A stretch of DNA of 63,168 nt, filler included, from Platydemus manokwari (GCA_037951405.1; 6 parts of 6 records of this genome joined end to end with filler, not necessarily neighbours in it), one strand, 5' to 3'; shown: positions 24,401-37,851, numbered from the whole stretch's first letter. Notes: a model not told the origin generated them from the letters alone. Program-made: numbers and translations.

Positions 24401-25990
24401 AAACTTATCAAAATCGATTAGATTCAATTGTGTCAATTCAATATTATCAGCATCGAATATCTGTGTCAGATCTTCATTGATTGATTGATGTCGACCATCA
24501 ATATCATCACAATCCAACATTGATTTCAATAATAATTCTCGTGTATTGTTTAATAGATTGGCAATTTCATTATCTCGTGTTCGACGATCAGAATCTTTGA
24601 GATAATCCGATAAAATATTATTGGATGAGCTTATAAATTGATATCGATGCAGGAAGTCGATAAAATGTTCCATTTCGACAGTCGTATTGTCTTCGAAAAC
24701 GATCTCATTCAATAAATCAATCAAATGATCTGTCAGTTTGACATCAAAATATTCTGTCCGAAACAATTCTAAAATGGTTTTATTTTGATTTGGAATGACA
24801 ATCGATAACAAATAATCATTCAAATGCGTTAACAGATTCATGAAATCGGTGAGAAATTTCGAAAATAAATCCTTGACAGGATTGCCGATTTTCGATTGGT
24901 CAGCTGCTATCATTAGAGATAATTCATCATTGTCATTTTTAACGAACAATCCATATGTTTGGATGTTTTGTATTGATGGAAAAATAATTTCCCCAGTGAT
25001 AAATCTCAATAGCAATCCTATATTCGAACATCCAATATCTAAGTGACAACAGAGAACAATCAATGAGCACAAAACTTCTGACGACATTTTAATTTCAATA
25101 CTCTTGCAATGCGGTTCAAATTCCCCGTGTTTGGCAGCATGTGAATAATTGAAATAAGGATTGAGAACATTTCTATTGATATCAATGTTAGATTCCCATA
25201 TTTTTTCCACTTTCGATGTCAACTCTCCCTACAAAGATCTCCATCAACGAAAATAAAAAACGAATAATAACAAAATTCGACTAATTAATTTTAGAAATGT
25301 TTAATCAAAAGATTAATTCAATGATGTTCATCAAAGAACTAATCTCATTTAATATTTAAAAAATTCATATTTCATTGCGATTATAAATTTAAATAGAATA
25401 CCTTAACATTGGCATAACTTATTAACAAAATATTATAAGCTTTCAATTCCTGTAGACGAATAGAAGAAGATTGTTTAAATTTTTCATTAAGCGTTTCAAA
25501 TTCGTTGCTAATCTTATTCAAACATTCAACACTAGTAAAATAATATTCTTTACTAAGAAAATTATTAGGAGTAATATTATCACCTGAGCTGAACGTCTTC
25601 AGACAAAACTTGCAAATTATGGATATGTTCATCAAGAACTATCAAATCCATTACTATTTGCTTCATTGTTCTTAGACTGTTGATTTGTCTCTGGTACTTT
25701 TCTCTATCTTCGATTGATAAAAAAAGCACTTCACTAACCTAATTGGAGTTAAAATTAAATATTCATCATAGTAAATTGATATAAACCTGAGTGCTTTTCG
25801 AAATAATATTTTCAGTATCCACGTGAACATTTTGAAAACTTGAGGCAATTTCTTTAATCTCCGTTTCTAAATCTTCGAATTTCCCGTGTTGACGAATAAC
25901 AAGATCAACCAATGATGATTTCATATTGGTGAGTTTTGCAAGAAAATTTATAACATCTTCTTCTGTGTTGAAATCTTCAATATTGCTCAT
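21465..25990 (-). CDS. ZW10: Centromere/kinetochore protein ZW10 (RZZ and NRZ/Dsl1 complex subunit), 776 aa
   Basis: Exons are 25990-25787, 25738-25584, 25552-25402, 25228-24383, 23302-23113, 22364-22117, 22060-21940 and 21880-21465. All introns are GT-AG and phase-compatible, totalling 2331 nt. ZW10 motifs seen: FPSCKVS, VP...K.LL.QLP, HYNNCMYLAHH, W.KL.EL...L...L..I.ERW and EVRNMIRALFKNS.MR. Confidence 0.92.
22410..22965. repeat. Degenerate tandem repeats in ZW10 intron 5
   Basis: A unit of about 35 nt (caataatataatctattcaatatc..tatata) occurs about 2.5 times at 22618-22701. Larger degenerate units (gtgaaatt..t.gataaattta...attacatatggtttt...gatgtaa) recur near 22700 and 22860, with a weaker one near 22420. 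Confidence 0.7.
23683..24050. mobile_element. hAT (Charlie-like) MITE in ZW10 intron 4
   Basis: TIRs are CAGTGATTCCCAACC and GATTGAGAACCGCTG. The 8-bp TSD is ctttctac (23675-23682) / ctttatac (24051-24058). Confidence 0.82.
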
Positions 25991-26859
25991 AATAAATTCT
26001 AATCTTAGTTGAAATCTTTTATTTATTTATTAATTATTACCACTGATAATTAATAGAGTAATATAATTAGAAGGTGTAATTTAATATAATTAATATTAAA
26101 AATCACTTTAATTAACACGCAATTTATAATTATTAAAACACTTTGAGTTTACGTAAAATATATTTAAATTTGAAACAGCGATTATCTCTTATCAAAATTA
26201 TTAAATTTAACCAAGGAAAACATTTAATTATTCCAATTATATTTAAAATTATCAAATCATAAATTGTTTTTAGTCATATTTTCATTAAACAAGTTACATT
26301 GGCTTAATAAAAACTTGTTAATATAGAAATTCAAAGAATTAAAATAATGATAAATGACGAATAAATAAAAATAAACGTAAATATTCTGTCGTTATCCTGG
26401 TCACCTATTTCTGGTATCGGCTCATTTATGTTCATTTTACTGAAGAACTCTTCTTCCCTAAGTAAATCATTTAGGTGTATCTCTTAATTTGGCATTGGTA
26501 TAGGAGTTTCTTGAAGCGTAGCCCTTGAACTTCTGCCTTAATTTGACTTTTAATTACTCTTTCCATTTGCGATCCTCCTTCGAACGCCTCTATGGCAAAT
26601 TTATTCAATGAGATCACCGATGACCACACTAACTCATTTACTCCTTGAAAATTCTCAATGAAAGCTGATGCAAAAGCTGCCTGTACATCTACTTCCAGAA
26701 CTATTTCATCTTTCATTCAAATTTTCATATCTTGATAACCATATCCTGAATAAACTCTTCTCAGATTATTATATTGTGAAATTCTTGGAATATTTTATAA
26801 AATATTAGTATGATAATGGCCTTTAAACACACATAAAATATCAAAAATTATATATAGAT

Positions 26860-27260
26860 TTATCCGACTCCAATGTTAACAAAGAATACTTTTGAAAATA
26901 TGTAATTACGACTGTTACAAATTCAATAGTCAGACAACAATAAAAAATTATTAATTATTAATCGGAACCAGAACCAGGTATGGCATCACACATTATATTG
27001 GGCCTATTGTCCTATTCAAATAATTAAGAGTTGCTGTACTTTTGAAGCAAGAGCCATGTTTGTCTAACTGTGGATCAAGGATTGAGGGTATAGGTTCCAG
27101 TAATCCTTCTAATCCAAATTAATTTTGTGCATGAGTTGAGAGTTACTAAGAAGAAATATTCGACTAAGTCCATTCCATTTAAATCAAAAGTAATGTCATA
27201 TAAATTCATTGTAATTGAGTTAATTAAAAATTACTTGGGACAAAAACGTTAAATAACAAT
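26860..27260 (-). pseudogene. Decayed member of an unnamed gene or repeat family (paralog at 6700-7110)
   Basis: Minus peptides are MNLYDITFDLNGMDLVEYF, GLLEPIPSILDPQLDKHGSCFKSTATLNYL and KVFFVNIGVG*. Shared DNA words with the 6.7-kb copy include gactccaatg, gaatact, caagagccat and cagtaatcc. Confidence 0.5.
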
Positions 27261-27699
27261 TTTTCTTTTCAAGCTATGAGAGTGGGTAGTTTAAATACCA
27301 CCCATTGATTAATTTTCCTTTCACCAAGAAGAGTGTTTCTTAAAATAATTCCTGTATGTATGAATTCGGTATGGATTTCTTGAAATAATATTGAACTTTT
27401 TGTATCGATTTGTAGTCGCGGGCTTTTTCTATTGGTGATTGCCATGAGCGTACTAATGAGCGTAATACAGTGAGCTATAATGCTAGATTTTTAATATATT
27501 TTTCGGTGCATAACTGTCATTTTTTAGATATTTTTATATTATTCTTTTCCAATTTTGTAATTAGTTTACTCTTATTATTTTTTTTATCCTTTGTATTGCT
27601 ATTTATAATGTTTTTCATTTCTTTTTCCTATTTTAGTATTTTGTTAAGCTATCTATTTTTGTAAAAATATTTTACAATAATAATTATTTATGATTATAT

Positions 27700-27850
27700 A
27701 TGTCCGGAGTAGGTGTTTGATACCTATTAAAATATGTTCAGTGCATATCCCTTTAAATGGAACGGTTATTGTTGTACATTATACCAATCATACATCTAAA
27801 AACCTCGTTGATATTCCTCGAAAAATCAGATATTCAGCTTGCTCTCACTA
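27700..27850 (-). mobile_element. Possible retrotransposon gag relic
   Basis: The minus frame EEYQRGF*MYDWYNVQQ*PFHLKGYALNIF resembles the W...Q....(H)L.G.A motif of Ty3/Gypsy capsid. It has stops. Confidence 0.3.
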
Positions 27851-28729
27851 CATGTTGTAATTGACAACTTCACAATTTTATTAATATGATTATTCGTATT
27901 CCTTTTCTTTAGTGTTTTGCACAACAAAATTAGGATTACCATAATAATTATGAACTTCATTTTTGTTTTATTTTATCTCTTCTATCGCAGATCCTTTTTT
28001 AAAAAGAAAATTATTAAATGTTCAGTTATTTTGAAATGCTTTATGTTCATTTGACATTCATGAATGTATTATATAAGTGAGTTCGATTTTATTTTAATTT
28101 CAATTTAATGCGCTTTGAATTTGAATTCAATTTTACTAATATCAGTATTTCAAATAAAAATTCATTTCTTCGACGTCTTTTATAGCAAATTCATCATTAA
28201 TTTTGAAAAAAATTCCAAAATAAATTTATAATCGTCGTCTTTACTCAACACTAGCTTTAGATACTAACTAATACTCGCAATTGATTTTCTGTATCTATCT
28301 ATACTCTTTAATGTTGTCACCACTGCTAAATTTGGACATTCGAATTTTTGTTCCTTACTTCTTCCCACCACGGAGTAAAAATTTAAAATATATTTTTAAA
28401 AGGTTGGAAAAAGTTTATTTAATAAATAAAAGTGCTACCGTTTTAGTAAGATAATGTAAAAGTTTTTAAAAATTAAATCTAAAAACTCTCAGTTAAATTT
28501 GAAGTTTAGTATTTTATTAAATGTAATAAATATATTGAATTAAATTTACCTTTGATTTTCTTGAGTTTAATTTAAATCATTTATTAATACTAATCATATT
28601 TTTTGTCATATTGGACTGCTCTTGATTATTGTATGTATTTTGTGCGTTTTTATTATTATCATTTAGTTTGTTGCTATTATCCTTTAGTTTGTTACTATTA
28701 TAATTTAGTATAAAAATGATATAGTGTTG

Positions 28730-29040
28730 TTACGTTTCGAGGCTTTTTTCTTTAATTGATTCTTAATTATTTTCATCAAAATCCACGACTTAATCAGTTC
28801 TCAGAGTCCGTTTTGACCCTCGGGTAGTAACATTACCTATATTCTTTGTTGTTCCTTCGTCTCGACGTTCACGACTTTTATGGCGATAAGTGGAACGGAA
28901 TTAGAAATCGATTTATTTAACTTAAAGCTTATCGATGTCATTTATTTTACTACCAGTCTTAATTAATTTAATAATACACCATAATAACTTCAAAAGGTGA
29001 TTAATGATAATGAAATATTTAATGATGAATTTGTGAATTC
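28730..29040 (+). repeat. Dispersed repeat family B, copy 2
   Basis: atcagttctcagagtccgttttgacc...cgacttttatggcgataagtggaacggaattagaaatcga aligns with 9740-10075. Confidence 0.75.
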
Positions 29041-29789
29041 TGAAAACTAAATGCCAAGTGGATATCAAAAACTAATGTTTGACTTCAAAATATGTATAAA
29101 AATTAAATATTTAATACTTTTTTATAATTATAATTTTAAAGCTACTTATATACACATAAACGATGAATTTGATGTACATGTGGGGAACTAACCAGTCCAT
29201 TTTGAGCCAACCAAATAAATAAAAAATAAGAATAAAATAATATAAAAGGTTTTCAAAAAACTACAAATATTCATAAAATTTTTAAATTTGTTTTACTGCA
29301 CCAAAATTAATCAACATTAAGGTCATTGAGCAAAAATCACATCCAAATCTTAAAATAGATACAACGGTGCACGTAAAATAAAAATAACCACACTTGTTGC
29401 CATAATTAGACGCATAGGCTAAAAATAGTAACCTATGCTGTACATATGCTAAATTTAGCAACATATGCTACCAAGCATAGAATGTTACCCAAAATAGCCC
29501 CAAGATGTATGACTCATAAATAGAGATAAATCTGTATATATACTGGCACAAACAGTCAACACTTGCACAATAACGACTTCTCACTTATTCAGCGAAATTT
29601 TGTTACGAAGCAAATTTTTATACGAAGTGAATTTTTCCAGAAGTCAATTTTTTCGAGAAGTTTATATTTTCAATATATTATATTTTGTCTTATTTTACTA
29701 CTGTTTATTGAATTTTATTTTATTATCATTTATATCATTACCATTTATATTTTAAATACTATTTTTATTATAACTACCCGAGCATATAG

Positions 29790-30670
29790 CGCCAACAACC
29801 TCTTATCTGTCTGGAGTCCAGATAAGTTGAAAATTTAGGGTAACCATATTTTGGGAAATTATTAGCGTTAAAAATCCTTCTGATCTTACAGCGTTAATCA
29901 ATATCTTTTTACAAATTGTGTATTCGCAATTTGAAATTATCATTATTATAAAAGAACCCGTCAATCTTTAACATACAATTCAGGAAGCAGATTGTGAACA
30001 TTATGTAAGTATCCTTTTCAAGATGATTTTCCGAGCTCCACTTGATAAATAGGAGAATATTTGATATAAATACTAATATGTAATTTTAATTGTGTTACCT
30101 AATTGTTTGTTCTTCTAGTAGAAAAATATGGTCATATCGTAATCTTTATATAGGCAGCTATGAATTATTCGTAGATATTCTCTATGAATTTTATTTCATG
30201 CAGTGCATATATGTTTAATGCACTGGAATTTGTCATGACAGAGAGGAATTCTCTGCAATTAAATACACGTTAATTTGTTTTATTTAATGCATTGATATTA
30301 TTTTATTCTAGCTGGATATTCTAGACGCTGTGAGAGATAACTTATTCCACTTGATTATTTGATGGATGAATTCACTACATGTATTGTTTTAATAAGTGAA
30401 TTTATTATATGTTAATTTTAGAGGTTGTAATAGTATTATATAAATGCCGGGTTTTTTATTAATTATGGGTATTATTAATTGGAGTTTATATTATATTGTA
30501 TTCCTTTTGATCACAAAGTCTCCCTGAATCCGTATAAAAATGTTTTACATTAAAATTTTGAGTATTATAGATCCATTTAATTCCTGAACATTCTTATCAT
30601 TTATAAAAATATTACATAGTTATGGGTCTACTTTGATATAGTTCATTTAATTTCGAAATTCTACCACTGA
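29790..30670 (+). pseudogene. Putative Cys-loop ligand-gated ion channel pseudogene
   Basis: Collinear fragments: VWSPD (W.PD), ADCEHY/KYPFQ (Cys loop with a frameshift), KIWSY (SWTY), YYINAG...LYCIPFDHKVSL (M1-M2) and HLIPEHS...KYYIVMG (M2-M3 loop and M3). Many stops and frameshifts. Confidence 0.35.
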
Positions 30671-30951
30671 TAGAGCTGTATGATATCACTTGAAATTCCT
30701 AATAAAAATTAATATACTGTTACATAACAGGATCAAGTTCAACAATATCATCTTTATTTTCAGCAGATGAAAAGATGAAACCACAATCGTCTCAATCATT
30801 TAATTTGACTCTTAATTTTTGTGAATTTTGCATGATTTTGATTTATTTATGTGTAAAGAAATTTTGAAAATAATTTATAAAAACAATAGAAATTATGACA
30901 CCACAAAAATTATACATTGTGTATGTTGTGGTTTAGGGTCTTTGATTAACT

Positions 30952-31150
30952 TGTATATGTGAGTTCTATATACTACCGGTTGAAACGCAATATCAATCTG
31001 GTAGGTGCGTGCTCCTATATTCTTAATCAATAAACAAATATCAATATACAATGATAACAATAAAAGTCATATTATAAGATTTATTTTCCCTTTTATAACA
31101 ATATACACATGTTATTTTACAACTACAAAAACCAAATTAATTACTTTTTC
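30952..31150 (+). repeat. Dispersed repeat family A, copy 2
   Basis: gtgagttctatatactaccggttgaaacgcaatatcaatctggtaggtgcgtgc aligns with the copy near 1199. Confidence 0.75.
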
Positions 31151-31269
31151 AAACAAACAATATCCCAATTTAACAACACGCAGATTATAGAAAATATTTT
31201 CAACTAAGGAAGGCTCCGATAACGAACCTCCTTTGTGTTTATATAAAGTTTAAATATATATATATATAT

Positions 31270-31369
31270 NNNNNNNNNNNNNNNNNNNNNNNNNNNNNNN
31301 NNNNNNNNNNNNNTTAATTAATTAANNNNNNNNNNNNNNNNNNNNNNNNNNNNNNNNNNNNNNNNNNNN
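31270..31369. other. Artificial contig linker
   Basis: 44N-TTAATTAATTAA-44N. The preceding contig ends in (TA)n. Confidence 0.97.
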
Positions 31370-31539
31370 ACTAAGTTTTGATGTTGATCTTGATCAGGAT
31401 ACTGTAAGTATAAGTAGTCATATTAGTATTTATAATATAAATAAAGCGTATAATAATAAAATAATTAATAAAGACAAGTCGAATAACATAAAAACAATGT
31501 ATATAGTATGAAAAAGTATAGAAAGATTTAGGGTCACTC

Positions 31540-32456
31540 CGAAGAAATAGATGATGAAACGCAAGAGTAGATTATTGTATTTATACCTAAAAAGCCACAC
31601 AATTATAAAGAAGGCAAATAAGAAAATGAAAAGACAATATTAGCACTTTAAGAATTAAGAACCCCAAAGATTTCGCACGATCGAATTCAAGGAGTAACAA
31701 GAAAAATTATAAAAATTCAAAATCGATATTCAAAATTTATATTTGTGAACCATGAAAAGAATTGATTAGAGAAGAAAAATATATAGTAGGAATTATAGAT
31801 CAATTTGTCAGACATATATCACTTACACCAATAAGTAAACTGAATGAAAATACAATAGAGAAAGTAATTCCTGATCAATGGATTTTGAAGTACCTAGGAC
31901 CAAAAGAAATACATGTAGATTGTGGTAAATGTTTTGAGTACAGAGAATCAAGGAGATGGCTTTTTAAATGGAAACAGATGTTATATTTTCCAGCCCATAT
32001 CAATATAATACAAATGGATTGATTGAGCGACATTTTAGAACGATATAATACAATATAAATTCGACGGTGAAGGATAGGCAACACACAAACTGGGTTTCAA
32101 TATTACTAAAAATCGAATATACATTGAACGCTACAGTACAAAAACCATTGATGTTAGTCCGGTAGAAGTTATATTTGGAAGGAAGGTAGAGAGATCACGT
32201 AGGTATACCAACAACAGAGTAGATAGAGAAGAAATTTAACAAAACATTGAAGATAAACAACAATGAGAAACAAAACGCAAATTTAAGATAGATGACAAGG
32301 TATTCACAAAAAAAGAAATACGAAATAAAGACCTAAAAATGTATGATCGGCCATACGAAGTAATAGAAAAGAATCATGAAAGAAATTACCAATTAAAAGA
32401 TAAAAACGGTAAAGTAATAAGAAAGAATGTATAGAAAATCAAATAAAAAGAGGGTA
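31540..32456 (+). mobile_element. Ty3/Gypsy integrase relic with GPY/F tail and polypurine tract
   Basis: ORF 31762-32022 contains KYIVGIIDQF..ISLTPI...WILKY.GPKEIHVDCGKCFE (integrase core). Downstream are YTLNAT.Q, SP.EVIFG, YDRPYEVIEK (GPY-like) and aaaagaggg. Confidence 0.8.
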
Positions 32457-32846
32457 ATAATTTTAATTAACTAATAAAAATTTTAATATTTTAAATTAAT
32501 TATTAAATTAGTTATTAAAAAATAAATAATGTAATAGATTTTAAAATTTTGTAAGATATTTTAACTCTCTAGTGGAATTATAATTTGTTTAAAAATTGTT
32601 TTAAATATTGTTAATAAATAAAATATTAATAAGATCGCTATAATGAGCTCCTTGTTGAAACATCAATTACAAGTGAAGTAGCAGCTACTAACCATTGTCA
32701 TTTGATTAAATATTTGATTTTACAAAGTCATTAATTCCTGAATCAGTAGTCATATCATCGTGAACAAATTATGTTTGTTCTCGGTATGAAATCAGCGTTT
32801 CATCATAAATCGATATTTATTATGAAAACGGGAACAAACAATCAAA

Positions 32847-33272
32847 TTATTGTCTGATAAATATATCACTGGATTCATTATAAGTTCCTGTGATCTCAAC
32901 CAAGTGAGCATATTCCATTGACGATTCATAATTTAGAGGTCTACTTTCTTTTTCTAAATATCCTATAAATGGAAAAGTCGATTGTTTGACACATCCACAA
33001 ATCCAATAGCTTCTACCAAAAACTGCTAACATTCCAATATCTTGCTGACATTTTCCATATAAAGATGAATTTATATAAAAATGTAGATTATTATTTCCAT
33101 TTATACTAAAATAATGAAAGTTATTTTGTTTAACATTCTCTAATAACCAAGGAAAAGTTGCAATCAAAGTATCTTTAGTAAACCACGATTTTACGCTATC
33201 CTGATCTGAAACTTGAAAAGTGAGATATGCTAAACTTTGAGATATGTTCTGAACTTTATGGACTATATACAA
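32847..33272 (-). CDS. Exon or fragment encoding a Cys-containing, probably extracellular domain of unknown function
   Basis: The 141-aa frame carries SWF....L....W.....F.YFSING....FYIN...YG.C..D.G.L.V......C.......P...Y, a pattern I recall from uncharacterised secreted proteins of marine invertebrates. No ATG start or 5' exons were identified, so it may be a pseudogene. Confidence 0.5.
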   Translation of the reverse strand: MYIVHKVQNISQSLAYLTFQVSDQDSVKSWFTKDTLIATFPWLLENVKQNNFHYFSINGNNNLHFYINSSLYGKCQQDIGMLAVFGRSYWICGCVKQSTFPFIGYLEKESRPLNYESSMEYAHLVEITGTYNESSDIFIRQ

Positions 33273-33994
33273 GTTCTCTGAAATAATCGTAACTATTAAT
33301 TTAAAAATGCATCATCGAATCTGATCGGACAATGAGTTTTATTGGTCAAATATCTTTTATTCTATAGCAGGGGCATGCAAACCCCGGCTTTTAGTTAGGA
33401 TACAGCCTCGCTATTTAGGTTTCCTATTTTAATTTCTTGTTAAAATATTTATAAAATATATGTGATTTTATCTGTGTGAGTGTGTACACTTACTTTATTG
33501 ATTTTCTTTATAAATTCAACTCATTTCCATAACCATTTCATTTCTACAATAGCTTCATGGTAAAAATAAAATTATAAATATATAAAAAATTGTCTATTAC
33601 ACCACTTTTATGTTTGTGCTATTAATAATATTATCATTCGAGATATTATAACATTTTAATATAACCTTTATCACTTTTTAAATATTTTAATTGATGTGAT
33701 AATGGATAAAGTGAAATAAAATAATTTATTTTAGTATAAACGAAAATGTTAATCGACATTTTCGTTTGAATACGCCTTTAATTGGACAATGTAATGAAGA
33801 TATTGAAATATTAATTGTTGTGGCAGACAAGACAATGAGAAAAGACAGAAAGGATTCTTCAAATAATAGAGAAAACTTATAACAAGAATAAAACCAATCA
33901 TTGTATTAGATAATCAATCCAATGAAGTTGCAATTTATAATATTATTGGGTTGCAATATATTGTATACTTTGGAAAAATTCAGTTTAATCGATT

Positions 33995-35610
33995 TTATTT
34001 TTCAAGACTATTTATTTTGAAATTAAAGTAGAAAACGTTTTGTTTATTCATGGGTGTCAGTATTATGTAACTAATGGAATGGTCAATTATTGCCAGTATG
34101 TATTTTTCTCCTCTATTTGTTTTTTTCAACGTTCCGCAAATGTCGATATATATTTTCTCAAACGGCTCTCTCGCTTGCAATTGTTTTGGTTCTTCCTTCG
34201 TTTTTGTTGTTCTCACTTTTGTTTTTTGACATGGTTCACCCTGACTTATAACTTCTTTGATTTTTTCCCATGTTATTATATTATTTTTTATATATTGCGT
34301 GACTTTTTCCGTTCCTGCGTGGCACAGCAATTCTATCATTTTTCTTCTTTTCTCTGCTGGTGTCCAAATTTTGTTTTCTTTAGTTTTTATTGTGTCTTCA
34401 TCTAGCATGAAATTACTACCTATCTCTCTTTTTGTCATTACTATCTCATCATTATTAATCTGCCATTCTTTTTTCGATGTTCTATGTCATTATTGTTAAC
34501 TTCCGGGTCTTTATTTTTCTCGTACTCGGGTTCTCGTGTTTCGTTAGACATTGGGAACATGTCGTACAGGTATTCCTTGAAAGCGTGTTTGCATTTCCAA
34601 GATTAGCTCCTTTTCTGAAAATCATGTTTATATCCGGACTGCTTAGATAATTTAGCTATTTTTGAAATTGTTATGGTGTTCTTTGTGTTCAGCATGAACG
34701 TAATTGCTTTATGTTCCGTTCTTAGTGTGAATCTTTTCACGTACAAATAGTGATTAAAATGCTGACAGAATTAATATATCACTAGTAATTCATTCGTTGA
34801 GATAAAATATTCTTTCTCGTATTTGCTCATTCGTGAGATCCTTACGCAATGACTCGTTCATTTCCTTGGTTATCTTTTTGCAATAATACCGTCCCTATTG
34901 TGTCGAAACTTGCATCGGTACCTAGGATGAACTCCTTGTTATAATCAGTGAATGACAAGATCGGTGTTTCTGTCAGTGCTTTTTTCATGTCCTCGAATGC
35001 GTTGCTACATAGTTCATTCCAAATGGGTTTTTTTAATTATTTTTAATTATTTTTACCACATTATTCTTCTAGTGCTCTTGATTTTTCTGAGTATTCCTTT
35101 GTCGATTTCCTGTAATATCTGCTAATTCCAAGAAAGCTTCGTAGATCTTTTTATATATTTTGGTCTTTCAAATTCATCTATTGCTTCAATCTAACTTGGG
35201 TCTGTATTAATACCTTCTTCATTTATGATATAACCCAGGAACTTAATTTATTTTCTCATTATTTTACATTTTTCTGGATTAAATCGCAATCCTGCATTTC
35301 CTATTCTTTTAATTACTTCTTCGTAGTGTTCTTCTATCGTTTTTGAGAATTTTAGTATGTCATCCAAATATACCATGTCTCCTTTTTCTCTCTTATCCCA
35401 TAATATTTTTGTCATCAATTCTAAAAATGTTCCTGGTGCTGCTGCAATCCCAAACGGCATCCATATAAAACAGTATTGCCCCTCTTTCGTCAAGAATGCT
35501 GTTTTTTCTTGTGATTCTTTGTCAAGCTCAATCTGATAATGTGCATTTCCCAAATTTACCGATGTGAAAAACTTAGAGCCGTGTAGATTGTCTAATAGTA
35601 ATAATTCATA
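33995..35610 (-). mobile_element. Ty3/Gypsy pol relic (RT-RNase H-integrase)
   Basis: RT: GSKFFTSVNLGNAHYQI...KTAFLT..MPFGIAAAPGTF..VYLDDIL (35248-35610). RNase H: ILGTDASFDTIG (about 34890-34930). Integrase: LCHAG...CQK...PFEKIYIDICG...KYILAIIDH (33995-34438). Frameshifts and stops are present. Confidence 0.92.
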
Positions 35611-37851
35611 ATAATAATTTTTTTGGCAAAAATTGAGAAACTTAGCAAAACCAATTTGTGATGCACCTGACCAAAACAAATACGTCATTCTAATTAAGAT
35701 ATATTTGAATTACACTATAAATGAAATATTAATATTACTATGATAGATTTCCCAATAGAGTAAAGTAAGTCAGAACCTTAAATTCATAAACTTAATAATT
35801 ATATACTTAATAATTAAATTTATCCTTATAGGTTGTCATTTAATTTTATTTTTAATGTCACATCTTAATTAATGATAATTTAACTTTATTTCTTGAATTT
35901 ATTCTAAATTATTAGTGATTAATTACTTACTTTTGCTTTCCTCTTTATTCTCAATTATATTTATCTTATATTTTATTTGTTTTCATAAATATTGTTTTAT
36001 GTTTTATTTTACTTGTTTTATTTTGTTTATATTTGGGCTCATAAAAACCTTGTCATTGTATTACGATGGCATTGACAAATATTATATTTTAACAAATATT
36101 CAATAAAGGCGAAGTCCCTAAAAAGATAAATTTATTTTTGTGTTTAAATTACGGATATAGATGATTCATTTATTAGAAGAAGGTATAATTATAATATATT
36201 ATTAATAATTGATTATATAATAATGCTTATTTTTGATCATGCGTATGAAAAGATAACCAGTTAAAATAAAAATGTATATAATAAATTCTTTTGAAAATAT
36301 TAACTAATATAATATTTGTTGCTGAGCTGATACTATTAATGTAAGCCAAACAAGTTTTCCTATGCTAATAAGTTATGTGAATACAAAATCGAACATTGGA
36401 AATTGTTAAGCACTACTAAGAAATTGTAAAAAAAACTTAATATATCTTTTGCAAAGATCCAGTGAAATGGTTTAGCAGGAGATTTTACAAAACAATTTTA
36501 TGCAAATGATTTTAACTTTTTAAACAAGATCGAAAGATTTTCTTGTCAAATTTACAATTCAAATTTATTCATTAGCTCTTCTACACAAGTTTTCAATTGT
36601 AAGTTTGTGATCTTTCTTACATTTATCATATTTAATTTGAAAATGTTTCTCTACACATCTATCATATCCCACCTTTCAATTCTTTTATTTTGCTCTTGAT
36701 ATCTTGGAAGTTTCCGTAAAATATTCAGCGTTTTTACCTTTGACATGCATTATAAAGACTTATTGAAGAATTTGGAATTATTATTCTTTCACACACAAAA
36801 CATGTAATGTATTTCAAATAAACAATTATTTATAAATAGCAGTAAACAATTAACAGTAAATTTTTTTATAACTGTTTTTTATTCAGAGATGTAAAATTAC
36901 CTTTGTGGATAATGGAATGCTGTATTCAAATCTCATTTAAAATGTAAAATCATGAAAACTCAAATCTGTTCAAATATAATGACATTTTTGTGCCAGCATT
37001 TTGTAAATTATAATATGAAAATATTCGAGACGATGCTTAATTGAATCCATTAACAAAGGATGTTTATTACATGAAATATTTGTCATCGAAATATGCTGAA
37101 ATAATGAATAAAGAGATTAGCAAAGATCACAATCCAATAATAATTATGTTATAAATGCATATCAATAACTTACTACTTTTTATTTTGTTGGTCATTTGTA
37201 AATCTCTGATTTTAATTATATTTATTCATGAAATCTTAGTTTAAAATATTGCAGATAACTATTTATTAAATTATAATGAATGAATGGATTTAAAAGAAGA
37301 TATTGATACAAATAATCCATATGTGGTGCTTGAACAAATTTTGAATGTCAGAGGTAATAAATATTTGGTCATTTCCATTCTTCATTATATGTGAATAATC
37401 TAATATCGTCTTATTCTTTGATTTTGCATTTCCCAATCCAAATTAATAAACTGACAGCTTTGAACTGAAAATAAATCCGAATCTCTATTGTTTCATCACA
37501 AAAATAGTTTATAAGAATGATATTACATATTAAAATTCAAATGATAATTTTTAGTTATTGATTTATCATTATAATTAATCGATATATTCAAAATATTTAA
37601 TTTATATACAGCAGGAATTCAAGTGAGTGTTATTTTTGACATTGTAAACCATTTTAATATTGATAGATACATGTTAAAAACTATAATTTTTTGTGATAAT
37701 TAAATTAAAAATTTGTTTGAAAGTATTGATCAAAAATTCTCAAATTAAAATAATTAAAAATTTACTCGTTCTTGAAGCATTTGTTTGAATGAATAGATTT
37801 AATAATTTGTGCAGGATCATAGTAACGAACCTATTTTTGGCAACAACTGCC

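Noticed and set aside
27470-27664. Short F/L/I-rich hydrophobic ORFs (also 35915, 41316, 42141, 42618)
   Set aside because: Expected by chance from T-rich low-complexity DNA or as antisense to purine-rich TE strands.
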